From Breznakia blatticola (GTDB lineage Bacteria > Bacillota_I > Bacilli_A > Erysipelotrichales > Erysipelotrichaceae), in contig NZ_SODD01000003.1 of NCBI RefSeq assembly GCF_004365815.1, positions 1 to 32,000 on the forward strand: a stretch of 32,000 bases of DNA. Direction: 5' to 3'. Each line of letters opens with the position of its first letter. Within the stretch, counting starts at the first letter, position 1. Positions 8,977 to 16,198 of this stretch are shown here, piece after piece. The notes under the pieces were generated by a model, which was not told where the DNA came from, ran no database searches, and saw only the letters and a program-made list of their open reading frames with translations. The position numbers and the translations under genes were made by a program.

Positions 8977-9846
8977 ATGTTTTTAGCTACAAATGATACG
9001 ACTGAACCAAACATTTTTGACTTTGGTAATACGATATTTGAAGATGGATTGCTGACAAGTTTGATTGTGATTACTGTGTTAGCACTTATTTTCTACCTTT
9101 GTTACACATTTATTAATCGCTTTATGCAAAAGCGCGAGTTAGTCAATGCAAAAAGTATTGCAAACATTACGCGTGGTATCTTAATTATGATTTGGGTACT
9201 TATAGTATTTAGTCGATTTGTTATGTTTGCCCCAATCGCAAAAGGAATTCTAGCAAGTTCTTCAATTATTGCTTTGATTGTTGGTATTGCAGCACAAGAT
9301 ACACTAGGTAATTTATTTTCTGGAATTATGGTTATTATTTCAAAACCATTTGTTGTTGGTGATCTAATCAAAATCAATCAAGATCAACTTATCGGATATG
9401 TCGAACAAATCACATTGCGTCATACAATTATTCGCACATATGAAAACAATCGCATCATTATTCCTAATAACGCGATCAATCAAGCAGTTGTCGAAAATGC
9501 AAACTTTGTGACGAGTGTGAAATCAAATTACTTTGAAGTTGTAGTTACCTTTGATTCTGATATCGATGTAGCTGTACAACTGATGAAAGAAGTTTGTTTA
9601 CAGCATCCAAAATTCATTGATAATCGTTCACATGCAGAAATTCAAGCAAATATTTCACCAGTTAATATCAGTTGTACGCGTTTTGCTGATACAGGTATGG
9701 TCTTACGTGCTGAAGTTTTTTCAGAAGATTCCATCTCCGGATTTCACATTTTAAGTGATTTGCGCTTTGCCTTAAAGAAAGAATTTGATGCACATGGTGT
9801 TCAATTTGCATACAACCATACATTTACCAATCCAAAAGAAAAATGA
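8977..9846 (+). CDS. Small-conductance mechanosensitive channel (MscS family)
   Basis: 289-aa ORF with three N-terminal TM helices and the MscS pore/beta-domain signature (AAQDTLGNLFSGIMVIISKPFVVGDLIKI). Strong RBS. Confidence 0.88.
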   Translation: MFLATNDTTEPNIFDFGNTIFEDGLLTSLIVITVLALIFYLCYTFINRFMQKRELVNAKSIANITRGILIMIWVLIVFSRFVMFAPIAKGILASSSIIALIVGIAAQDTLGNLFSGIMVIISKPFVVGDLIKINQDQLIGYVEQITLRHTIIRTYENNRIIIPNNAINQAVVENANFVTSVKSNYFEVVVTFDSDIDVAVQLMKEVCLQHPKFIDNRSHAEIQANISPVNISCTRFADTGMVLRAEVFSEDSISGFHILSDLRFALKKEFDAHGVQFAYNHTFTNPKEK

Positions 9847-9866
9847 GCCAACGCTCATTTTTTTAA
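9841..9866. terminator. Bidirectional rho-independent terminator shared by the mscS-family gene (+) and the AEC transporter gene (-)
   Basis: AAATGAGC caac GCTCATTT stem with a T-run on the plus strand (TTTTTTTA) and TTCTTTT on the minus strand. It sits between convergent stops, and the mscS stop is inside the stem. Confidence 0.75.
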
Positions 9867-10786
9867 AATAATAGAAAAATAAATAACGGTATACTCACCA
9901 CAGATACTAACGTTGTTAGTGAAATCGTCTTTGAAGCAATGCTTGTATCTACATCATATTGCAAAGCCAACATCAACGGGATAGAAGCTGATGGCAACAT
10001 AAATGAGAATACAAACAGTTCTTTAAAAAATACCGAAACATCTAGAAAATAGATCAATCCAAAACCGATAAACGGAAAGATAAACATCTTAATAAAGACA
10101 TTTTTTAGCAGTGCGATGGTTTCCTTGTTTTTGGCAAGTCCTGCAAACGATAGATTTCCACCAACGACAATCATACTTAATGGTACAGTTGCTTGACCAA
10201 GTAACCCACTTGTTTCTGTCACAAAACTTGGTAATTTAAACTTCGCTAAAAAACATACTAAAGCAATAATTGAAGTAATTACACCTGGTGTTAAAAACAT
10301 GCGTACATATTCTTTTACCTTAAAACTGCGTTTCCCTTTATTAAGCAAATACACTCCATATGTATAAATCAAAATGTTAAATGGCAAATGTAGTACCGTA
10401 AAAACGAATACTGCATAATTTCCATACATCACTTCCAATAGTGGATAGCCAATAAATGAAAAGTTAGCAAAGGCAAGTAAGATTTGATACAATGCCTTAT
10501 CTTCATGCGTATGAGCAATTTTATGAGCAATCCATTTACTCATCATAATAAATACAACATAAAGTGCAATTCCAAGTAATAAACATTGTATGATTTCCGC
10601 ATCACTGATACTACTTGGTGTGCTTGAGGAATACAAAATCAATGCTGGCATCATAATATTAGCCACCAAAAATGATGTTTGCTTCATCATTTCATCACCC
10701 AATCGATTTGCTCTTCGTAAAAAATAGCCAACGAGAATGAGTGAAAACAACTTCACCATCGTCGTTAATAAAACAAAAAAATCCAT
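9863..10786 (-). CDS. AEC-family (auxin efflux carrier / malate permease-like) transporter
   Basis: Polytopic membrane ORF of about 10 TM with the two-repeat AEC layout. I place the start at ATG 10786 (MDFFVLL...), which has an AGGGAG RBS 6 nt upstream. The ORF-track TTG at 10807 has none. Confidence 0.85.
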   Translation of the reverse strand: MDFFVLLTTMVKLFSLILVGYFLRRANRLGDEMMKQTSFLVANIMMPALILYSSSTPSSISDAEIIQCLLLGIALYVVFIMMSKWIAHKIAHTHEDKALYQILLAFANFSFIGYPLLEVMYGNYAVFVFTVLHLPFNILIYTYGVYLLNKGKRSFKVKEYVRMFLTPGVITSIIALVCFLAKFKLPSFVTETSGLLGQATVPLSMIVVGGNLSFAGLAKNKETIALLKNVFIKMFIFPFIGFGLIYFLDVSVFFKELFVFSFMLPSASIPLMLALQYDVDTSIASKTISLTTLVSVVSIPLFIFLLF

Positions 10787-10871
10787 GCGTTTCTCCCTGT
10801 ACGTCAATAAACTTTATTGTGCCTAGTATACGCCTTTTTTATACACAGTGGAAGTATAAGATACATTTTCC

Positions 10872-11735
10872 CTATATTTCTGTATCTGAATCTACATCTT
10901 TCAGTCGAATGGAAACGCGTATCACAATATCAATGGAATGTTGAACCGATATTTCATTAAGTAAATAATCTGCGTAAATATCGTTTTCCACTTTTAGTTG
11001 ATGCTTTATAGCATACGTATACATACTTTTACTAAATTGCTCTAGTTGTTTAAAATCTCCATTCATATATCCAACCAAGTAGGTTCCTGCTTCGATATAC
11101 GTATCACTCTTTGGAACATGATAATAAAATTCAGCTGAATCAACCGTGTCAAAACTATAACTAATTACATTATCTATACTTTTCATCCGTTGATGAAAGC
11201 CTAATGGAAAAGCTACATCATATCCTTCTTGCTTTGCTTGTTGATAAAATTTTGTGCTCATGCGCGTCATTGATTCTGTATGTGTCTTTGAGATAATCAC
11301 TTGTTTGCTTGCCACAAAAATAGGCTGTCTTTCACTTCGATGTTCTACTTGAATGTCACCAAATTTTATATCACTTACTTGTTTGGCATATGCAACTTGC
11401 ATTTCCATCATCTGTTGAACCTGTTGAAGCTTTGCAATTTTTGCTTCAACTTTTTTGTGTTGCATTTCAAACAATTCTATCATCGCTTCAGGTGAACGCT
11501 TATCACTATATGCTTTTATTTCTTCAAGTGACATTCCTGTCTCCTTTAAAATACGAATCATACGAATCGTATATAGTTGACGATAGTAATAATAACGATA
11601 TCCATTATCTAAAGTGATATCCGGTGTAAATACACCAATTTGATCATAGTAAATAAGATTCTTTCGACTTACTCCAGAGGCTTTGGCAAACTCTCCGATT
11701 GATAAATACATCTTACGATCTATTGTTTGTTCCAT
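10872..11735 (-). CDS. MerR-family transcriptional regulator with a C-terminal GyrI-like/BmrR-like ligand-binding domain
   Basis: N-terminal MerR wHTH (YLSIGEFAKASGVSRKNLIYYDQIGVFTP...GYRYY), a coiled-coil dimerisation helix, then a C-terminal domain of about 150 aa. AGGTGGTG RBS. Confidence 0.9.
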   Translation of the reverse strand: MEQTIDRKMYLSIGEFAKASGVSRKNLIYYDQIGVFTPDITLDNGYRYYYYRQLYTIRMIRILKETGMSLEEIKAYSDKRSPEAMIELFEMQHKKVEAKIAKLQQVQQMMEMQVAYAKQVSDIKFGDIQVEHRSERQPIFVASKQVIISKTHTESMTRMSTKFYQQAKQEGYDVAFPLGFHQRMKSIDNVISYSFDTVDSAEFYYHVPKSDTYIEAGTYLVGYMNGDFKQLEQFSKSMYTYAIKHQLKVENDIYADYLLNEISVQHSIDIVIRVSIRLKDVDSDTEI

Positions 11736-11754
11736 AAAATCACCACCTATTTAC

Positions 11755-11783
11755 ATTGTAGTCAAATACCCCTTGACTGTCTA
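11755..11783 (-). promoter_or_regulatory. Possible promoter of the merR-family gene (TAGACA, 17 nt, TACAAT), overlapping the divergent MerR-type promoter
   Basis: The minus strand reads TAGACA gtcaaggggtatttgac TACAAT. The leader would be very short, so confidence is low. Confidence 0.3.
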
Positions 11784-11803
11784 GTAACTATACAGTTTAT
11801 GAT
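11773..11803 (+). promoter_or_regulatory. MerR-type promoter: -35 TTGACT, 19-nt spacer containing a dyad, -10 TATGAT
   Basis: TTGACT at 11773..11778 and TATGAT at 11798..11803, separated by exactly 19 nt. The dyad ACTGTCTAG-TAA-CTATACAGT (11776..11796) matches at 8 of 9 arm positions and is centred in the spacer. Confidence 0.6.
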
Positions 11804-11842
11804 GTGCATATAGATAAAGATACAACTAGAAAGGAGATCTAC

Positions 11843-12532
11843 ATGTTACATTCAAAATCAATTCAAACAAATAACAACTACTTACAACTTGAACCCATCA
11901 ACTATGGTGAACTCGTCAGAAAATACGTATCACTTGTAAAACGCGATATTAATGAAAAGGTGAATTATTCTCTATACGTTGATTTGTGTCGCTATTTGCA
12001 TCACGCTAAAATCATAGATGCGAAAGTAGATAAACAAACGCTTTGGCTGAATCAACACTTTTTCATGCAAGAGTACAATCTTGCTAAAGCACTTACTTCT
12101 GAATTACAATCACGAAGTTTAGTTCCTACATACAATACCTATCATGCAAGTGAAATCGCGCAACTAATTGTTGCCGCAAACTTTTCACTAACAACAAAGC
12201 AACTAAAGACGATGCATCATATCATTTTAGATATTTATCAAATCATCAATGATCACATATCATTTTCGATTGATGAAAAGCGATTAAGTGTTCACAGTTT
12301 TATTGAACACATAAAATATCTAGCGTATCGAATTATCAATCGAATTGATGCACATAGTGATATGAGTGAACTTGCTACTTGCTATAAAGAACAGTTTCCA
12401 AAAGCTGCTACATGTAGTGCTCATATTGCAGCGCATATTAGTGAACACTATGATTTTCATCTTTCTGATTCAGAACAACTATTTTTATTGTTTCATATTC
12501 AAAAACTTGCAAATATTCAGTCAAATGATTGA
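11843..12532 (+). CDS. PRD-domain protein (LicT/BglG-like PRD1+PRD2) lacking the CAT RNA-binding domain
   Basis: By eye it aligns along its length to the PRD1-PRD2 part of BglG/LicT antiterminators (NYSLYVDLCRYLHHA; SFIEHIKYLAYRI; SEQLFLLFHIQKL). I chose the start at ATG 11843 because of its AAAGGAG RBS. The ORF-track GTG at 11804 lies within or upstream of the predicted -10/TSS. Confidence 0.7.
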   Translation: MLHSKSIQTNNNYLQLEPINYGELVRKYVSLVKRDINEKVNYSLYVDLCRYLHHAKIIDAKVDKQTLWLNQHFFMQEYNLAKALTSELQSRSLVPTYNTYHASEIAQLIVAANFSLTTKQLKTMHHIILDIYQIINDHISFSIDEKRLSVHSFIEHIKYLAYRIINRIDAHSDMSELATCYKEQFPKAATCSAHIAAHISEHYDFHLSDSEQLFLLFHIQKLANIQSND

Positions 12533-13146
12533 ACCATAGCAATCGAAAGCAATTTCACATCATGCGCAGCAAGTAAATCCACCATTGCTTTTAGTGTATG
12601 ACCGCTTGTACAAACATCATCAACGAGTAAGATTTTATGTGGTAAATCTACATCATTTCTAGCAATCACTTTAGCGACATCTTTTCGCTTACTTGCAATT
12701 TGATTGTTTTGTTTATAATCATATTGTTTTACAAATCCATGCATTTTTTTCAACTTTACTTTTGCAAACATTTTCTCTAGAGGAATAAACCCACGTTCCT
12801 CTAGTTTTTCTTTGCTTGTTGGTGCATAAACAATCGTATACCCTTTATAAGTTTTTTCAATGTATTTAATAAATGGTTCAATAAAAATAGAAGCAAGTGC
12901 TTCATCTCCACCTTCTTTACACGTAAACATCAAATCTTCAAAATATGTAGTGTATGCATAAAAACTGAATACCTTCATTCCTAACACGTCATATTCACGA
13001 TGTACATTTGTAAATGATCTTCGACAAGTTCCACAAATACAATCATTTGAAAAGTAGTCAAAAATACTTCGTCCTTGCATAACCGATTGGAAGCAGATTA
13101 AACATGTTTCGCTTTTTTGTTCATCATGATGATTTCTTTTTTGCAT
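12517..13146 (-). CDS. comFC: ComF-family protein ComFC (phosphoribosyltransferase-like, N-terminal Zn-binding cysteines)
   Basis: 209-aa ORF with CLIC...CICGTC cysteine pairs, the PRTase motif ILLVDDVCTSGHTL, and a 49-nt overlap with the upstream comFA. AAGGAG RBS. Confidence 0.88.
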   Translation of the reverse strand: MQKRNHHDEQKSETCLICFQSVMQGRSIFDYFSNDCICGTCRRSFTNVHREYDVLGMKVFSFYAYTTYFEDLMFTCKEGGDEALASIFIEPFIKYIEKTYKGYTIVYAPTSKEKLEERGFIPLEKMFAKVKLKKMHGFVKQYDYKQNNQIASKRKDVAKVIARNDVDLPHKILLVDDVCTSGHTLKAMVDLLAAHDVKLLSIAMVQSFD

Positions 13147-14246
13147 GCTTCTATCTCCTTTGTTTTTCTTTTACAAAATATATAGGCATACCCTGTTGGT
13201 GCATCAAATTTACGACCGACGCGTCCAATCATTTGAATCAAAGATGCTTTTGTATAAACAACATGTTCACCATGTAAAATAGCTACATGCACACCTTTGA
13301 TGGTAATTCCTCTTTCCAATATGGTTGTTGCAAAGACAATTTGAAAATCTCCATTATTAAATTGAGCCATCAATTCATCCTTATCTGTAGTCATTGAACT
13401 AATCGATCTACATCGAATAAATCGCCTACATATTTTTTCAAGTAACTCTACCTGTGATATTTTTGGTAAAAAGATAATCCACTTCCCTTTATGTCTCATT
13501 ACACAAAGAAAACAAAACACATATTGAAGTATACTTGGCAAACGAAAAATCTTTGGCTTTATTAGTGGATGTTTATGTGGTCTTTCAAAAATCGATACTT
13601 GTCCCATGTAACCATCTTTAACTTCTTGAAAGTGTTGTGCTTCAGGAGTTGCACTTAATAGTAACATTTTTCCACAACAAGCATTGATAGCAAGTTGCTG
13701 AAGTACTTCATTATTGGCAAATGGAAATGCATCCATTTCATCAAGTACAAGTAAATCAAAACACTTATGATACCGATACAGTTGATGTGTTGTACAAACA
13801 ATTAAGTCACCATCAATAACATTTGTATATCCACCACATACCTTAATGACATTTACACCAGGAAATGCTTGCGCTAAACGCTCTGCTAGTTCAATAACAA
13901 CTTGTCTACGTGCAATAGCATAACCAACCTTCTTTCCATCTTTTAAATGTTGTTGGATTTGCTGGAGTGTGATTTCTGTTTTTCCTGCACCACATGCAGC
14001 ATAGACGAGAACTTTATTATGATGTTCGTATAAGAGTTCAACTTTTTGAATTGCATCCTTTTGTACATCACTAAGTTCATAATCCAAATGAATCTTCGTC
14101 TGTATTTTAGGCTTATACACTTGTGGACTTACTATATGTTGATTCACATATACTTTGCCAAAACGAATGCATTTGCGACAATAGATTCCTTTTGTATCTT
14201 CATAGAAATAGAGTTTGTTTTCATTTTTACATCTTGGACATTTCAT
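13098..14246 (-). CDS. comFA: ComFA-type competence helicase (SF2 DEAD/DEAH-like ATPase with an N-terminal Zn ribbon)
   Basis: 382-aa ORF with N-terminal CPRC...CRKC, Walker A AACGAGKTE, a DEMD box (LVLDEMDAF), a SAT motif (LLLSATP) and motif VI (QMIGRVGR). It lies directly upstream of comFC. Confidence 0.88.
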   Translation of the reverse strand: MKCPRCKNENKLYFYEDTKGIYCRKCIRFGKVYVNQHIVSPQVYKPKIQTKIHLDYELSDVQKDAIQKVELLYEHHNKVLVYAACGAGKTEITLQQIQQHLKDGKKVGYAIARRQVVIELAERLAQAFPGVNVIKVCGGYTNVIDGDLIVCTTHQLYRYHKCFDLLVLDEMDAFPFANNEVLQQLAINACCGKMLLLSATPEAQHFQEVKDGYMGQVSIFERPHKHPLIKPKIFRLPSILQYVFCFLCVMRHKGKWIIFLPKISQVELLEKICRRFIRCRSISSMTTDKDELMAQFNNGDFQIVFATTILERGITIKGVHVAILHGEHVVYTKASLIQMIGRVGRKFDAPTGYAYIFCKRKTKEIEACKKEIIMMNKKAKHV

Positions 14247-14344
14247 ACCTACATATACAAAAAATATAGGAAATTTCCTGTGTACTTATCGTTTTTATAA
14301 TAAAAATACTGTACAATAGAAACCATATAAAAAGGAGGCAGTAT

Positions 14345-14833
14345 ATGAACGATTTAGAATTACTACAATTATTAGCTGCAAATGCGAAGTATAACACTGA
14401 AGATCTTGCAGTTATCTTGCAAACAGACTTACAAGATGTGGAGCAAAGAATCGCCGCCTTGGAGCAAAAGAAAATCATCTGTGGTTACCACACGATTATC
14501 AATTGGGATAAAACAAGCGAGGAACAAGTCACATCGATTATTTATTGTGATGCGATTCCTGAACGTGATCACGGATATGATAATATCGCTAAAAAGATTT
14601 ATAACTATCCTGAAGTTGAATCAATGTATTTAACTAGTGGAAAAAGTGATTTCATTATTATGATTCATGGACAAACCATGAAAGAAGTGGCAAGCTTTGT
14701 TGCGACTAAACTTGCATGTATTGAAGGTATCACTTCAACAAGTACATTATTTGTTTTACAAACATACAAAACAAGCGGCGTGATTATGAAAGATGAAGAG
14801 ACAGTCAGTGAAAGACTTGTTGTTACGCCATAA
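14345..14833 (+). CDS. Lrp/AsnC-family transcriptional regulator
   Basis: 162-aa ORF with an N-terminal HTH_AsnC (LELLQLLAANAKYNTEDLAVILQTDLQDVEQRI) and a C-terminal RAM/ACT-like domain. AAAGGAGG RBS. Its stop overlaps the next start (TAATG). Confidence 0.9.
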   Translation: MNDLELLQLLAANAKYNTEDLAVILQTDLQDVEQRIAALEQKKIICGYHTIINWDKTSEEQVTSIIYCDAIPERDHGYDNIAKKIYNYPEVESMYLTSGKSDFIIMIHGQTMKEVASFVATKLACIEGITSTSTLFVLQTYKTSGVIMKDEETVSERLVVTP

Positions 14834-16014
14834 TGAAACTTGAAGATAAATTAAGTACAGTTGTAAAACAAATGAAACCTAGTGGAATTCGAAAATTCTT
14901 CGACGTCGCTAAACAAATTGAAGATGTCATTTCACTGGGAGTTGGTGAACCTGATTTCGATACACCATGGCACATTCGTGAAGCTGGAATATATTCGATC
15001 GAACAAGGGCATACACACTATACAGAAAATGCAGGACTTTTAGAATTGCGTAAACAAATCTGCGATTATTATAAACGTCGCTATGATTTAGAGTATCAAG
15101 CAGAAACTGATTGCTTAGTTACAATTGGTGGAAGTGAAGCACTCGACAACTGTTTTCGTGCATTATTAAATCCTGGAGATGAAGTCATTGTTGCTACACC
15201 TTGTTTTGTCTCGTATGAGCCAACGGTACACATGGCTGGTGGTGTTGTAAAGTATTTACCACTACAACATCAAGACGAATTTAAAATTACACCAGAAGGA
15301 CTTAAAGCATGTATTACCGATAAGACAAAATTATTGATGATCAACTTCCCTGGTAATCCAACCGGAGGAACAATGAGTAAAGAAGACTATACAAAACTTG
15401 TTCCAATTATCAAGGAACATGAAATTATTGTAATTAGTGATGAGATCTACTCAGAGTTAATTTATGAAGGTGAACATGCATCACTTGCACATTTTCCTGA
15501 AATCAAAGATCAAGTCTTAATCGTCAATGGATTCTCAAAAGCATTCGCGATGACAGGATGGCGACTTGGATATTTACTTGGTCCAAGTACAATACTTCAA
15601 GCAGTCATTAAGATTCATCAATTTGCAATTATGAGTGCACCAACTACTGCACAATACGCTGCAATTGAAGCACTTAAAAATGGGCAAAAAAATGTTGATG
15701 CAATGCGCTTAGCATATAAAGCACGACGCAACTTAATCGTTGATGGATTTAATAAAATGGGGCTACCAACGCATCTACCAAAAGGTGCATTTTATATCTT
15801 CCCAGACATTCGTCCAACCGGACTAACAAGTGATGAATTCTGTGAACGACTTATTAAAGAGCAGCGCGTTGCCTGCGTTCCTGGGACTGCATTTGGTGAA
15901 GCAGGTACTGGATTTATCCGTGTATCTTACGCATCAAGTTTAGAAGAGATCAAAGAAGCACTATCACGAATTGCAACGTTTGTTGAACCATTCAACCTAA
16001 CAAGCACTAAGTAA
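14833..16014 (+). CDS. PLP-dependent class-I aminotransferase (AspC/AlaT-like)
   Basis: 393-aa ORF with the PLP-lysine motif SKAFAMTGWRLGY plus GEPDF and NPTG motifs. It is translationally coupled to the Lrp-family gene, an arrangement like the Lrp-regulator/aminotransferase pairs of Bacilli. Confidence 0.92.
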   Translation: MKLEDKLSTVVKQMKPSGIRKFFDVAKQIEDVISLGVGEPDFDTPWHIREAGIYSIEQGHTHYTENAGLLELRKQICDYYKRRYDLEYQAETDCLVTIGGSEALDNCFRALLNPGDEVIVATPCFVSYEPTVHMAGGVVKYLPLQHQDEFKITPEGLKACITDKTKLLMINFPGNPTGGTMSKEDYTKLVPIIKEHEIIVISDEIYSELIYEGEHASLAHFPEIKDQVLIVNGFSKAFAMTGWRLGYLLGPSTILQAVIKIHQFAIMSAPTTAQYAAIEALKNGQKNVDAMRLAYKARRNLIVDGFNKMGLPTHLPKGAFYIFPDIRPTGLTSDEFCERLIKEQRVACVPGTAFGEAGTGFIRVSYASSLEEIKEALSRIATFVEPFNLTSTK

Positions 16015-16016
16015 AT

Positions 16017-16070
16017 AAAGAAGCTGTTATACGTAAGAGATATTCCTCTAATGTATACAGCTTCTTTTAT
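16017..16070 (+). terminator. Rho-independent terminator after the aminotransferase gene
   Basis: AAGAAGCTGTTATAC ... GTATACAGCTTCTT stem (one bulge) followed by TTTATT. Confidence 0.8.
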
Positions 16071-16151
16071 TATGCATTTGTAGTCATTATTTACACTTAG
16101 GTTGGCTAGTCGTCATAACGTTATATACAAGTTATTAATATATATGTAATC

Positions 16152-16188
16152 AATAAAAAAGATGGATTCCGTTAGGTTTCCATCTTTG
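16152..16188 (-). terminator. Rho-independent terminator after the NlpC/P60 gene
   Basis: Minus-sense AAAGATGGA (12-nt loop) TCCATCTTT followed by TTTATTG, 11 nt after the stop at 16199. Confidence 0.8.
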
Positions 16189-16198
16189 ATTATTAAAC

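Noticed and set aside
13098-14246. The SF2 helicase plus PRTase-like pair, considered as a possible defence-type helicase module.
   Set aside because: The N-terminal Zn ribbon, the DEMD helicase core, the overlapping downstream ComFC with CxxC pairs and a PRTase motif, and the gene order all match the standard comFA-comFC competence operon.
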